Shown here: in pieces, positions 47,877-59,600 of the stretch | Layout: every line of letters begins with the position of its first letter | Numbering within the stretch: the stretch's first letter is position 1 | Assembly (NCBI RefSeq): GCF_041929145.1 | Contig: NZ_JBHFNU010000005.1 | Location: 20,868-84,867, forward strand | DNA: 64,000 bases | Source: Aerosakkonema sp. BLCC-F183 | Lineage (GTDB): Bacteria; Cyanobacteriota; Cyanobacteriia; Cyanobacteriales; Aerosakkonemataceae | Reading direction: 5' to 3' | The notes under the pieces: model-generated | What the model saw: only the letters and a program-made list of their open reading frames with translations | Database searches by the model: none | Told to the model about the DNA's origin: nothing | Program-made: the position numbers and the translations under genes

Positions 47877-48563
47877 ATGACTGTTAATCAACAAAAAATA
47901 ACACAACTGCGCCATAGCTTGATTGTTTCCTGTCAGGCTCCCGCTGACTCGCCCCTACACGATCCTCTCGCGATCGCTGCAATGGCGCAAGCTGCTGTAC
48001 TCGGAGGCGCAGCCGCAGTAAGGATTGATACACCAAGTCATGTCAGCGCCGTGCGCCAGAAAGTAGAAGCACCGATTATCGGGCTTTGGAAACAGCAGAT
48101 ACGTGGATACGATGTATACATTACTCCTGAGTACCAACACGCGGAGGCGATCGCATCTGCCGGTGCAGATATCATCGCCATTGACGCTACCCCCAGAAAT
48201 CGACCGGGTAATGAAAGCTTGCATACCCTAATTGCACGCATTCACAAGGAATTGGGCAAGCCGGTGATGGCAGATGTAGATACCATTGAGGCAGCGATCG
48301 CCGCCGAAAAAGCCGGTGCCGATATTGTGGGTACAACGCTCTACGGCTACACCAACGACACAAAGCACCTCTCTCCCCCCGGCTTGGAACTCCTGGCCCA
48401 AATGGTAAAAAATTTGAACGTACCAGCCATTTGCGAAGGCGGCATTTCCTCACCCCAGATGGCTCAACAAGCCCTACAACTGGGAGCCTATGCAGTTGTG
48501 GTCGGCACTGATATCACCGGTATCGATTACAAGGTTTTAGCTTATCGCGCCGTTTTCCCTTGA
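47877..48563 (+). CDS. nanE: Putative N-acetylmannosamine-6-phosphate 2-epimerase
   Basis: LIVSCQA near the N-terminus, mid-protein IAIDAT, GTTLYGYT, and ICEGGI…VVVG match NanE conserved blocks; 228 aa. Confidence 0.7.
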   Translation: MTVNQQKITQLRHSLIVSCQAPADSPLHDPLAIAAMAQAAVLGGAAAVRIDTPSHVSAVRQKVEAPIIGLWKQQIRGYDVYITPEYQHAEAIASAGADIIAIDATPRNRPGNESLHTLIARIHKELGKPVMADVDTIEAAIAAEKAGADIVGTTLYGYTNDTKHLSPPGLELLAQMVKNLNVPAICEGGISSPQMAQQALQLGAYAVVVGTDITGIDYKVLAYRAVFP

Positions 48564-48639
48564 CAACTCATACTCATAATGAGTACGCTTAAATAGAAAT
48601 CGATCGAAAAAGCCATTTGACCGCACAGGAGCCAAATTC

Positions 48640-49374
48640 ATGTTTTCCAACAAAGAAGGACAAAAAGTTCCCCACGTCACCTTTCGTACCCGTCAGAAAG
48701 GCCAGTGGATAGATGTAACCACAGATGAACTGTTTGTCGGTAAGACAGTAGCTGTATTCTCCTTACCGGGTGCCTTCACCCCCACCTGTTCCTCCACCCA
48801 CGTTCCAGGTTACAACGAATTGGCGAAAGTCTTCAAAGAAAACGGCGTAGATGACATCATCTGTATTTCCGTCAACGATGCCTTTGTGATGGAAGAATGG
48901 GCAAAAGATCAAAAGGCAGACAATATCAGGTTCATTCCTGATGGTAACGGACAGTTTACCGAACAGATGGGAATGCTCGTAGATAAGTCAGACCTGGGAT
49001 TTGGGAAGCGATCGTGGCGCTATTCTATGCTAGTCAAAGATGGCGTAGTCCAAAAAATGTTTATCGAACCAGAAGAACCGGGCGATCCCTTCAAAGTGTC
49101 TGACGCCAACACAATGCTCAACTATATCAACCCCAACGCAGTCAAACCGAAACTGATTTCCCTATTTACAAAAGTGGGTTGTCCCTTCTGTGCCCGTGCC
49201 AAAGCATTGCTGAGCCAACGCGGGTTAGAATACGAAGAAATTGTCTTGGGTAAAGAAATCACCACCAAGTCTTTAAGAGCCGTCACGGGCGCATTAACGG
49301 TACCCCAAGTATTTATAGATGGCAAATTAATCGGCGGTTCGGATGCGTTAGCTGCTTACTTGGGTGAGAACTAA
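48640..49374 (+). CDS. Hybrid peroxiredoxin (Prx5-type) – glutaredoxin fusion (PGdx)
   Basis: N-terminal Prx5-type peroxidatic motif [13 protein letters not shown]; C-terminal glutaredoxin [13 protein letters not shown]…[12 protein letters not shown]. Confidence 0.85.
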   Translation: MFSNKEGQKVPHVTFRTRQKGQWIDVTTDELFVGKTVAVFSLPGAFTPTCSSTHVPGYNELAKVFKENGVDDIICISVNDAFVMEEWAKDQKADNIRFIPDGNGQFTEQMGMLVDKSDLGFGKRSWRYSMLVKDGVVQKMFIEPEEPGDPFKVSDANTMLNYINPNAVKPKLISLFTKVGCPFCARAKALLSQRGLEYEEIVLGKEITTKSLRAVTGALTVPQVFIDGKLIGGSDALAAYLGEN

Positions 49375-49543
49375 GCCGATCCGGTATTTAGGGCGATCGA
49401 TTTAATTGATGAATTTGGAGGTTGGGTTGAGCAGAACGAAACCCAACCTCCAAGTATTTTCTGACAAATTCCGATACCAAATTTTGTTTTGTTACCCCTT
49501 TTAAATTCTTGCCCCTTTGGTTGTACACAAGTTTCATGAAAAT

Positions 49544-50602
49544 TTAAGATTGATTTGCGATCGGCAAACCTCTCTTTAAAATCACCATATGAGAACCGAC
49601 CACCGGACTGCGAGCTAGGAGTACACCTTCAAAATCAGCGATTTCTAGCTTGCTAAAGTCTAATTGCTTCGCTCGATTCCACATATCAGCAGCTAAGCTA
49701 TCTTGTTTGGCTGAATCGAAACTGTACCAATCATTGCTGACTTTAACAGTTAATATGCTGGCTATGAAGTTAGCTTGAATCGACTCAATCAATCCATCAG
49801 CATATTGGCTGGTGATCTCCACAACTTGATTTTGAATAGCTGCGATCAAATTCTGCTCTGGTGTTAAAACTGGGGGTGGTGGTGGAATAATCGCCACCGG
49901 TTGCGCCTCCGAAGGTGCTGACAGTTCTGCTGGCGCTTCTATAGGTGGTGGTGCGGTCACTTCCGTTGGCGCTATTGCACTTGGGGATGGAACTTCCGCA
50001 ATTTGGGGCGGGTTTGGCGGTGAAAGCACAGAAGTTGCCCAAAATAGCAAAATGAAGAGAGCGGCGATCGCACCACTTAAAATCGTATCGTTAGGCAGTT
50101 TCTCATTCACAGACGCCGGCAGTCGGCTGCGAATTTTCCCCAAAGTAGCTTTCCACCACACCGGAAGATTGGTTAAAAATACTGCCAATTTCGCCGTGAA
50201 ACTCTGAGTTGGCGGTGCTGATTGGAAACCAGCAGTTTTTGTTCCCTTCGTCGGCGTAGCCGTCCCTTCCGGCGTGGGTGGTGTTTGGGGTGAAGTAGGA
50301 GGTTTTATCTCCTGTTTCTTCCCCGTTCCTCCCACTAAGTTTGTTATGCCGCGCAAAGCATTGGCGCTTTGGGTTTTGAGAACGGGTTGGACTCTACTCC
50401 AGGTTTGCTGAAGCGTTTGCGTCACCTTCTGCAACGCCTCTCCAGACTGACCTTTCGGCGTCGGTGTTGGAGGTGTCTGTTTTTTTGGCTCTGGTTGCTG
50501 TGGCTGTTCCTGTGACATCGAATTTTCTCTAATGGCAGGGCTTTCCAGGCTCGATTGGGTCGATCGAATCTCCCGCAGGCTATATTGTAATCCTGTTATC
50601 AC
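49544..50602 (-). CDS. Hypothetical Pro-rich membrane-associated protein with a conserved C-terminal domain
   Basis: Low-complexity Pro/Thr-rich N-terminal half, one TM, and a C-terminal ~120-aa globular region; likely start MSQEQPQQ (~50518). Confidence 0.4.
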   Translation of the reverse strand: MITGLQYSLREIRSTQSSLESPAIRENSMSQEQPQQPEPKKQTPPTPTPKGQSGEALQKVTQTLQQTWSRVQPVLKTQSANALRGITNLVGGTGKKQEIKPPTSPQTPPTPEGTATPTKGTKTAGFQSAPPTQSFTAKLAVFLTNLPVWWKATLGKIRSRLPASVNEKLPNDTILSGAIAALFILLFWATSVLSPPNPPQIAEVPSPSAIAPTEVTAPPPIEAPAELSAPSEAQPVAIIPPPPPVLTPEQNLIAAIQNQVVEITSQYADGLIESIQANFIASILTVKVSNDWYSFDSAKQDSLAADMWNRAKQLDFSKLEIADFEGVLLARSPVVGSHMVILKRGLPIANQS

Positions 50603-50619
50603 AGCCTAATCTACCACTT

Positions 50620-51582
50620 TTGCTATTCTGCTTTTCAAGCACCGTTGAGCCAGTCATATCAGTTATGAATTTGAAACGTCGTCATTTTCTCATTTTCGGC
50701 AGCCTGAGCGGATTTGGATTGAGTTTTTTGTGGAACGCACTCGAACGTCATGGGGATGATGGCGCTGGTATTACTCCCGCACTAGCTTCCGAATCGGTAA
50801 TTATACCCGCACAACAGCCGCTACTGCGTTTTGTCTCCGTAGCAGATACCGGCACCGGCACTAGAAGTCAGTATGCCGTGGCTGAGGCAATGAGTAACTA
50901 TCTCCGCGAAAATCCCTATGATTTGGTGCTTTTGGCTGGCGATAATATTTACAACTTTGGTGAAATTGCCAAAATTGGCGCTGTTTTTGAACAACCGTAT
51001 CAGTCTTTGTTGCAACGAGGCGTAAAATTTCACGCTTGTTTGGGTAATCACGATATTGTTACTGATAATGGTGACGCTCAAGTTAAGTATCCCGGTTTTA
51101 ATATGCAAGGACGCTACTATACTTTTCGTCGCGATGCCGTGCAATTTTTTGCTTTAGATACGAATGGCAATGCTGACTGGTCAAAGCAATTACTTTGGTT
51201 AGAAAAAGAATTGAGTGGCAGCGATGCGCCTTGGAAGGTTGTGTTCGGTCATCATCAAATTTATTCTTCCGGTCATTATGGGGTAAATCAACCTTTTATT
51301 AAGATGCTGACGCCTCTGTTTCAAAAGTACCGGGTTCAACTTTATATTAACGGACACGACCACCATTACGAGCGCACCCGATCGATCGACGGTACGACTT
51401 ATTTAATTTGTGGCGGAGGTGCGGGAACTCGACCTGTCGGGCGATCTGAATGGACTGAGTATTCTGCCAGCTTCCTCAGCTTTGCGGCTTTTGATGTGTA
51501 TGCCGATCGCATAGCCGTAAGTGCGATCGACACCGATAATCAAGTTTTCGATCGGGGAGTAATTCAATTGCTTTCGAGCTAA
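50620..51582 (+). CDS. Tat-secreted calcineurin-like metallophosphoesterase (purple acid phosphatase-like)
   Basis: Twin-arginine signal MNLKRRHFLIFGSLSGFGLSF; motifs GDNIY, GNHD, GHHQ, GHDHHYER. Confidence 0.8.
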   Translation: MLFCFSSTVEPVISVMNLKRRHFLIFGSLSGFGLSFLWNALERHGDDGAGITPALASESVIIPAQQPLLRFVSVADTGTGTRSQYAVAEAMSNYLRENPYDLVLLAGDNIYNFGEIAKIGAVFEQPYQSLLQRGVKFHACLGNHDIVTDNGDAQVKYPGFNMQGRYYTFRRDAVQFFALDTNGNADWSKQLLWLEKELSGSDAPWKVVFGHHQIYSSGHYGVNQPFIKMLTPLFQKYRVQLYINGHDHHYERTRSIDGTTYLICGGGAGTRPVGRSEWTEYSASFLSFAAFDVYADRIAVSAIDTDNQVFDRGVIQLLSS

Positions 51583-52209
51583 CTTATTTATTAATAATTT
51601 TAAATCTCCATTTGAAATTATATTTTTTTACTCAATTTTTTATCTAACATTATACCACAGAATCGAAAATCTAAAGTTTTCGATTTCTCCTTTTTTTTGC
51701 GCCTGCTTATGCTTGGCTAAGTACCATTTTTATTTGTTCATTGATACTTAATTAATCGCAGAAATTTTATATACTAATAATTCAAAAATTAGATTTGTCG
51801 AGCTGGCTTGCTTACAAGAGCGACCCCAAATCCGAAACTCTACACCCCAAATCGATTTACAGTAGCTGTATTATACCTGCGCCCGATATTTTATTTCGAT
51901 TAAGGCTAGATTTCCATAAAATTCCTACCTTTCCTACCTTTTTGGCGGCATAGTTTCGTGTAAATATTTATCCTGTCAGCAAACTTTACAGCTTACATTC
52001 CCTACCTAAATAAATTCTCTTAAGGGTGGACATTTAAACTTTTTTGCCCTAAAATATATCCCAGTATTGATTGACAATAAATTTTTTTTCTGGTAAGGAT
52101 GGGCTTATGACTGGAAAATTTTATTTATACGTACAACGGAAATTAAACAAATTTCCGCTTACGTCAATACCTAGTAAGTGCAGGTTAAGCAAACTTAAAT
52201 TAATACAAG

Positions 52210-52710
52210 TTGATTTTTAGGAATAAACTAATGTTAATGCTACTTTTTTACGCCGGGAATAACCTTTATGCAGTAGAAAGTTCTCAGGTAGTAGAGGTGA
52301 TTCCCAGAGTGTCACTCAGAAAGATAAATCACGTACCTGACTATGTGGCAGGATTATTTAATTATCGAGGTGCGATCGTACCCGTCATCGATCTGTGCCA
52401 TTTAATTCAAGGTACTCCCAGTCGTTCCTACTTGAGTACTCGGATTGTCATGGTGAATTACCCGGTAAAGAATAATACAATCCGTTACTTAGGTTTGATG
52501 GCAGAAAGAGTGACCGAAACTTTGGATAAACCAGATACAGACCTAGTAGACGCAGGAATTCAAGTCAACGAAGCTCCTTATTTAGGAGAAATGATCATGG
52601 ATGACAAGGGAATGATCCAGTGTATCCGATTAGAAAAGTTGTTTTCTGATTCCCAACATAAATACCTATTAACGGCAGGGAATAATTCCACCAATGATAC
52701 AAGAAATTGA
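52210..52710 (+). CDS. CheW-like coupling protein (first gene of the chemosensory cluster)
   Basis: LLFYAGNNLYAVESSQVVEVIP…VAGLFNYRGAIVPVIDL; the start may be MLMLLF (52231). Confidence 0.8.
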   Translation: MIFRNKLMLMLLFYAGNNLYAVESSQVVEVIPRVSLRKINHVPDYVAGLFNYRGAIVPVIDLCHLIQGTPSRSYLSTRIVMVNYPVKNNTIRYLGLMAERVTETLDKPDTDLVDAGIQVNEAPYLGEMIMDDKGMIQCIRLEKLFSDSQHKYLLTAGNNSTNDTRN

Positions 52711-54076
52711 GGCTTTACTGGCCAAAAAAATCGGTCTTGAGCCTAGCGTAATTGGCTCGCAAAAAATTGCCAAAGCTGTAGAAACGCGCAGGCTTTATTG
52801 CGGTTTAACAGACTCGCAATCCTATCTGAGAAAATTGCAAACTACACCTCAAGAACTGGAAGAACTAATAGAAAATATAGTTGTTCCAGAAACTTGGTTT
52901 TTTCGGGATCGCAAACCCTTTGAGTTGTTAGTAAATTATGTAATTTCAGAATGGTTACCAAAGAACAAAAACAGCACCCTGCGGCTGTTAAGCGCTCCCT
53001 GTTCTACTGGGGAAGAGCCTTACTCAATAGCGATAGCATTAATGAATGCAGGACTGTTACCTCACAAATTTCGCATTGATGCCGTTGACATCAGTAAAAA
53101 AGCCTTACACAAAGCAGCAGAAGGTATTTATGGCAAAAACTCTTTTCGCGGCGGAGATCTTCCCCAAAAAGAACGATATTTTCAGCAAATCGGAGAAGGA
53201 TTTCAAATCTGTGCGACGGTTCGCCAAAGCGTTAATTTTATGCACGGAAATTTATTAGAACCTGTTTTTTTGAATGGTAACAAATATGATGTAATATTTT
53301 GTCGCAATTTGTTGATTTATTTATCCGAGTTGGCATCTACTCAGTTAATGCAAGCGTTAGATTGCCTGTTAATACCGAACGGTTTAATATTTGTGGGTGC
53401 TGCCGAAACTGGAAAAGTACCGGGCGATCGTTTCGTCTCTGTTCGTCAACCGTTTACATTTGCCTACCGAAAAACCGAACAGTCCGGTAACAATCTGACT
53501 TTGCCATCAGTCGCTCCCAAACAGAACCTATCTTTCCTGACAAAACCTACCTTTACTACCAAAGTTGTACAACGAGACGGTAAGCTCGAACAGCCTCAGC
53601 TAGACTCGCTCAAACAAGCTTTCTCCCGAACGCAAAGGGTGGGAGAAACAAGGGAAGGATTGCTATCGCCAGCCAATTCCAAGACAAACCCTTTGTCAAC
53701 GGAACTAATTAAATCCAAAAGCGGTAGCCTCCAGTCACCTATCTCCCCAGCGCCATCCCCGATACCCGATCTGCAAACCGCCCGAAAGTTAGCAGATGCG
53801 GGAAAATTAGAAGAAGCAGCTAAGGCTGGTAAAACCTTTCTAGGTAAAAATCCTACCAGTGCCGAAGGTTACCTATTATTAGGGGAAGTTTATCAGGCAA
53901 CAGGAGACGATCGACAAGCAGAGCAACACTTCCAAAAAGCGCTTTACTTGCAACCAGATTGCTACGAAGCGCTTACCCATCTGGCTTTGCTCAAACAAAA
54001 TCGCGGCGATTTCAGCGGTGCAGCCCTGATAAAACAACGCATTAAAAGATTAGAAAATTCTCAAAATTTGGGCTAA
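52694..54076 (+). CDS. CheR-type MCP methyltransferase with C-terminal TPR domain (WspC-like)
   Basis: [36 protein letters not shown]; C-terminal TPR helices (…[44 protein letters not shown]…). Confidence 0.85.
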   Translation: MIQEIEALLAKKIGLEPSVIGSQKIAKAVETRRLYCGLTDSQSYLRKLQTTPQELEELIENIVVPETWFFRDRKPFELLVNYVISEWLPKNKNSTLRLLSAPCSTGEEPYSIAIALMNAGLLPHKFRIDAVDISKKALHKAAEGIYGKNSFRGGDLPQKERYFQQIGEGFQICATVRQSVNFMHGNLLEPVFLNGNKYDVIFCRNLLIYLSELASTQLMQALDCLLIPNGLIFVGAAETGKVPGDRFVSVRQPFTFAYRKTEQSGNNLTLPSVAPKQNLSFLTKPTFTTKVVQRDGKLEQPQLDSLKQAFSRTQRVGETREGLLSPANSKTNPLSTELIKSKSGSLQSPISPAPSPIPDLQTARKLADAGKLEEAAKAGKTFLGKNPTSAEGYLLLGEVYQATGDDRQAEQHFQKALYLQPDCYEALTHLALLKQNRGDFSGAALIKQRIKRLENSQNLG

Positions 54077-54167
54077 ATGCCAACGCTGTAATATACTATC
54101 AATCGTCCCTAATGGGGTAATTTTACTTTTTCCAAACCAATCGATCTCAAATTACAAGGGGATTACC

Positions 54168-55931
54168 ATGTTTGTTCAAGATGCGATTTTGTCGAAAAAC
54201 AAAGGCATAGAAGGAAAACTCATTTCTGGATTTCTCGTTATTGGCGGTATTGTATTGATTGTGGGGCTGATCGGTCTGTTGGGTACCAACAGGCTCAGCG
54301 GACACATCAACACCATCGGCGAAAATGCTTTTCCTTCTGTCTTTAGCCTGTGGAAAGTGAATGAGGCACAGAGCGCGGCTGATGCAGCGCTTTTAGCGCA
54401 ATTTGTTCCTACCATCTCTCCGCAGAAAAGACAAGAAGAATTAAAAAATCTGGAAGATGCGTTCAGTCGCTACAAGGAAGGGCTGGAAGACTATGACAAA
54501 CTTAAGCGCGACCCAGAAGAAGATAATTTATACAGATCTGCAAAGCCCTCTTTAGATAAGTGGAAGAGCACAATCGACCAAGCGATCGAACTCAACAACG
54601 AATTTAGACAGTATGATATCGAATTTCCCGGACAAGAGCGGGTTGACTTGCTCCTGGCGGGTAAAAGAGACACGCCAGAATATGCGCGAGCCCAAGCAGC
54701 AGCTGACGCACAAAAAAAAGTTTACCAGTATATAACCGATGTCGAACGACCAGCCTTCAACGAAGGAACAGCCCAACTGCTCAAGCTTTTAAATTACAAT
54801 GAAAACTTGGCAGATCGGGCAAGAAGCACAGCACAAAAAGATGTTGGCAGTACAACATTTTGGTCGATAACGACAATGCTCGTCGGTACCGGGATCGCAG
54901 TTCTATTCGGCTTTTACTTCAGCAATACGATCGCCAAACCAATGGGAGCCAAGATAGCCGGTGTGGTAACTGTTGCCGAACGAATTGCCGCCGGGGATCT
55001 CAGCACTTCCGTACCAAGCGCCGAAAGCAACGATGAAATCGGCAGGCTGCAAAATGCCTTCCGAAATATGATCAAAAATCTCAGTTCCTTCATCAGCCAA
55101 GTGCAAAGATCGGGCATTCAAGTCACAACATCAACCACACAAATAGCCGCCTCTGGCAAAGAATTAGAAGCAACTGTAGCAGAGCAAGCCGCCTCGACCA
55201 AAGAAGTAGCAGCCACAGCGCAAGAAATTTCCGCCACCAGCCGGAAACTGTCTCGCACAATGGAACAAGTAGCCACTTTAGCTCAATCCACCGCCGTTTC
55301 CGCAGGTAGCAGCCAAAAAGACCTTTCCTCAATGGAAAACGTCATGCGTCAGTTGGCAGAAGCCACCACTTCCATCTCCAGCAAACTGGGGATCATGAAT
55401 GAAAAAGCTAACAACATTAACAACGTAGTCACAACGATTACCAAAGTAGCAGACCAAACCAACTTGCTATCCCTCAACGCCGCTATCGAAGCGGAAAAAG
55501 CAGGGGAATACGGAGCCGGTTTTGCCGTAGTAGCCAGAGAAATTCGCCGACTGGCAGACCAAACAGCCGTAGCCACTTTGGAAATCGAACAAATGGTTAA
55601 AGAAATGCAATCTGCCGTTTCCACAGGCGTGATGGAAATGGATAAATTCAACAAAGCCGTTAACGATAGCGTCGAAAAAGTAGTGAATATTGGCGAGCAA
55701 CTGGCTCTGGTGATTCAGCAAGTGCAGGGACTGACACCGCGATTTGAAGAAGTCAGCCAAAGTATGGAAGAACAATCCCAAGGAGCCCAACAAATCAGCG
55801 AGGCAATGGAACAATTAACGCAAGCCTCCCAGCAAACGTCCGATGCTTTGCGCGAGACTAACAGTGCCGTCTCCCAGCTAGACGATGCCGCGCAAGGATT
55901 GCAAGCCGAAATACGTCGCTTTAAAGTGTAA
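54168..55931 (+). CDS. Methyl-accepting chemotaxis protein (TM-sensor-TM-HAMP-MA)
   Basis: Two TM flanking a ~200-aa periplasmic region, HAMP, signaling domain [37 protein letters not shown]. Confidence 0.85.
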   Translation: MFVQDAILSKNKGIEGKLISGFLVIGGIVLIVGLIGLLGTNRLSGHINTIGENAFPSVFSLWKVNEAQSAADAALLAQFVPTISPQKRQEELKNLEDAFSRYKEGLEDYDKLKRDPEEDNLYRSAKPSLDKWKSTIDQAIELNNEFRQYDIEFPGQERVDLLLAGKRDTPEYARAQAAADAQKKVYQYITDVERPAFNEGTAQLLKLLNYNENLADRARSTAQKDVGSTTFWSITTMLVGTGIAVLFGFYFSNTIAKPMGAKIAGVVTVAERIAAGDLSTSVPSAESNDEIGRLQNAFRNMIKNLSSFISQVQRSGIQVTTSTTQIAASGKELEATVAEQAASTKEVAATAQEISATSRKLSRTMEQVATLAQSTAVSAGSSQKDLSSMENVMRQLAEATTSISSKLGIMNEKANNINNVVTTITKVADQTNLLSLNAAIEAEKAGEYGAGFAVVAREIRRLADQTAVATLEIEQMVKEMQSAVSTGVMEMDKFNKAVNDSVEKVVNIGEQLALVIQQVQGLTPRFEEVSQSMEEQSQGAQQISEAMEQLTQASQQTSDALRETNSAVSQLDDAAQGLQAEIRRFKV

Positions 55932-55978
55932 AGTGGCTTAAAGATTAGGATTTATCAGCCAAAATTGAGAGGAAGAAA

Positions 55979-56686
55979 GTGAAAATATCTGTCACGCTCG
56001 AGCAGGCAATTTTAAATGATTGCTGGAATAAAATCGGTGTAGGCGGCGATCGATCGTGCAAACAACTCAAAACCTATATTCACTGCCGCAACTGCCCCGT
56101 TTATTCCGCTGCGGGGCGCGGCTTGCTGGAACGAGATGCACCAGAAGGCTACATTGATGAATGGACAGATTTATTTGCCCAAACTCAGCTTCCAGAAAGG
56201 TCATCTCAAAGCGAAAATACTAAAACTCAAGCGGTTATCATCTTTCGCTTGGGCGTAGAATGGCTAGCCCTGCCAGCTAACTTATTTAAAGAAGTTACGC
56301 CTCCCAGCGTCATCCACACCATACCGCACCGCACCAACAAAATATTACTGGGTATTGTGAACATTCGAGGCGAAATTCTTATGTGCATTTCCCTCAGCAA
56401 CCTCTTGGGTTTAGAAATCCCAGAAAAAAGCAAAAATTCTAAATCAAATACCGTTGTCCAAGAACGGATGGTAGTAGTTGAAAAAAATGAAGAACGTTGG
56501 GTTTTTAGCGTCGATGAAGTTTCCAGCATTCAACGCTTCCATCCCCATCAATTTCGCCCCGCACCAGCCGTCATCACCCAATCCAATGAATCTTATACCA
56601 AAGCGGTGATAAATTGGCAAAACAAAAAAGTTAGTTATTTGGATGATGAATTGCTGTTTTACAACATAAACAGGAGGATAACGTGA
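55979..56686 (+). CDS. CheW-like protein with an N-terminal Cys-rich (C-x12-C-x9-C-x2-C) extension
   Basis: CWNKIGVGGDRSCKQLKTYIHCRNCP followed by a CheW fold (…IFRLGVEWLALPANLFKEV…ILLGIVNIRGEIL…). Confidence 0.7.
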   Translation: MKISVTLEQAILNDCWNKIGVGGDRSCKQLKTYIHCRNCPVYSAAGRGLLERDAPEGYIDEWTDLFAQTQLPERSSQSENTKTQAVIIFRLGVEWLALPANLFKEVTPPSVIHTIPHRTNKILLGIVNIRGEILMCISLSNLLGLEIPEKSKNSKSNTVVQERMVVVEKNEERWVFSVDEVSSIQRFHPHQFRPAPAVITQSNESYTKAVINWQNKKVSYLDDELLFYNINRRIT

Positions 56687-59600
56687 CAGATATAAGCGGT
56701 TACTCCATGCTGGATTTGTTCCGGATGGAAGTGGAAGCCCAGGCAGCAATATTAAACGAAAATTTGTTGGCGCTAGAAAACCAACCTTCCTCTGCAAAAG
56801 AACTGGAAGCCTTAATGCGGGCTGCTCATTCGATTAAAGGAGCAGCTCGCATTGTCGAAATTGATGCCGCCGTTAACCTGGCTCACATCATGGAAGACTG
56901 CTTCGTCGCCGCACAAAGCCAACGCATTACGTTGACTCCGGATGACATCGACGTACTGCTGCGCGGCGTCGATATGCTCGCAAATATTAGCCGCGTAGAA
57001 AACGGAGGTTTAGAGGGTTTCTTAGAGGAAAATGAATCGGAAATAGCAGCGACAAGGGCAGAAATTGCTGCCATTTTGACGCCGGGAGCCGAAAACAAGG
57101 GGAGAACGGGAGAACGGGAAAGTCAAAAGTCAAAAGTCAAAAGTCAAAATTCTTCCTCTTCCCTCTCCCCTCCCCCTTCTCCCTCTCCTTCTTCCTCTAC
57201 TCCTTCTCCGTCTTCCCCCACTCCCCCGCCCCCTGTCTCCCCCACACTCCCTGAGCCTCCCGAAGCACCAGCTGCTCCCGAAATGGAAGAAGTTCCCAGT
57301 ATTGGCAATAGCTCGATGCTGGAATTATTTCGTTTGGAAGTAGACGCACAGACAAAGATATTAAATGATGGTTTGCTAGCCCTAGAAAGCCAACCGGATT
57401 CTTTGAGAGAATTGGAAGCGCTGATGCGAGCTGCCCATTCGATTAAAGGAGCTGCTCGCATTGTGGCGATCGATGCGGCGGTTAACCTGGCTCACGTCAT
57501 GGAAGACTGCTTTGTGGAGGCGCAGAAACAAACGATTACCCTGGCAGCAGATAGTATTGATATTCTGTTGCGAGGCGTCGATCTGATCCAAAATATTAGC
57601 CAACTGGAGCCAGCAGAATTGGGCGTTTGGCTAAAAGAAAATCGCCAAGAAATTGAAACCACAAGACAAGAAATTAGCGCTATCCTGACACCTGGATCTG
57701 CACCAGTTCCGCGCAAAAAAGCAGAGCCGGCAAATGGACAATCGGATGCGGTCAAACCAAAAGCACAAGAGCAAACCGCCTCCATCGATGCTAAAACTGA
57801 AACCCAGATAGACAGTTCCGCACAGCCAGAGCAACAAACGCAATCAGCTGCCTTAGTTCCTCAAAGTGCCTCTGCAAAGGAAACTAGCGTCACCAAACAA
57901 ATAGTTAAGAACCCCCCTACACCTATTGGGCCTGCCAAAGAGTCAAAAGCAGCGCCAATACCCACCAAAGATACAAACAAAGATCGGGTGGTGATGGTAA
58001 GCGCAGAAAACCTCAATCGTATCATGGGGTTAGCGGGTGAAACTCTGATCGAGGCGAGTTGGTTACAGCCTTATGCCGATTCTTTGATGATGCTTAAGAA
58101 ACGGCAACAGGAATTATCTAAAGTTCTCGAAAATTTACAGGAAGCTTGCGGAAAAAGCCACGTCGATGGACAAACCGAAAATATTCTGAAAGTGGCTCGC
58201 GATAAAGAGCGGGAATGTCGGGAAATTCTGCTGGAGCGCATCCACACCCTAGAATTATATGCCGGTCGCACGGCTAACTTGAGCGATCGCCTCTACAGGG
58301 AAGTAATTGCCTCCCATATGCGTCCCTTCGCGGACGGCGTGCAAAGCTTTCCTCGGATGATGCGGGATCTCGCCAGAAAACTGGGCAAACAAGTTAACTT
58401 TGAGATCGTGGGCAAAGCTACACCAGTCGATCGAGATATTCTCAAAAAATTGGAAGCTCCCCTCACCCACATTTTACGGAATGCCCTCGATCACGGTCTG
58501 GAAATGCCTGACGATCGCATCGCAGTTGGCAAACCAACAGAAGGAACCATCAAACTGGAAGCCACCCACCGCAGCGGGATGTTAGCCGTCACCATTTCTG
58601 ATGATGGCAAGGGAATGAACCTAGAGCAATTACGCGAAAAAATCGTCAGAAAGAAGCTGGCTAGCCCAGAGATGGCAGCTAAGTTTACCGAAAGCGAGTT
58701 ATTAGAATTTATCTTTTTGCCAGGGTTTTCCACCGCCGCTCAAGTCACGGAAATTTCCGGACGCGGTGTTGGTTTGGATATCGCCAAGAGCATGGCCCAC
58801 GAAGTCGGCGGCACCGTGCGGGCAAGTTCGGTACCCGGAAAAGGGATGAGTTTTCACTTCCAATTGCCCCTCACTCTGTCCGTTATTCGCACTTTATTAG
58901 TAGAAATATCCGGCGAACCTTACGCTTTTCCCCTAGCGCGGATCGAACAGTTGGTCATGCTGGATAAATCAGAAATAGCCGTGGCGGAAAATCGCCAATA
59001 TTTCACCCTCAATGGTGAAAATATCGGACTGATAGCTGCCTATCAAGTTTTGGAATTGCCGCCATCTTCATTCAAGTCAGATGCGCTACCAGTTGTGGTA
59101 ATTGGCGATCAATCAAACCGCTTTGGTATGGTGGTAGATAAATTCTTGGGCGAACGCGACTTAGTAGTCCGACCTTTAGATCCCCGCCTGGGCAAAGTCC
59201 AAGATATCGGTGCTGCTGCCCTGATGGGAGATGGTTCTCCGATTTTAATTGTGGATGTGATAGATTTAGTACGCTCCATTGATAACCTGCTCAACACTAA
59301 AGACAAAGAATTGCAGCAGGTAAGCGATGATGATGGGGATGGCAAATTACTAGAAACCAAGAAGCGTATCCTAGTAGTTGATGACTCGATTACCGTGCGG
59401 GAAATGGAACGAAAGCTCTTGGAAAACAAAGGTTATATGGTTGAAGTTGCAGTCGATGGTATGGATGGTTGGAATGCAGTTCGCACCAATCACTATGACT
59501 TGGTTGTGAGCGACATTGATATGCCGCGTATGAATGGAATTGAATTTGTCAGCCAGATCAAAAATCATCCGAAGCTGAATTCAATTCCCGTAATTATTGT

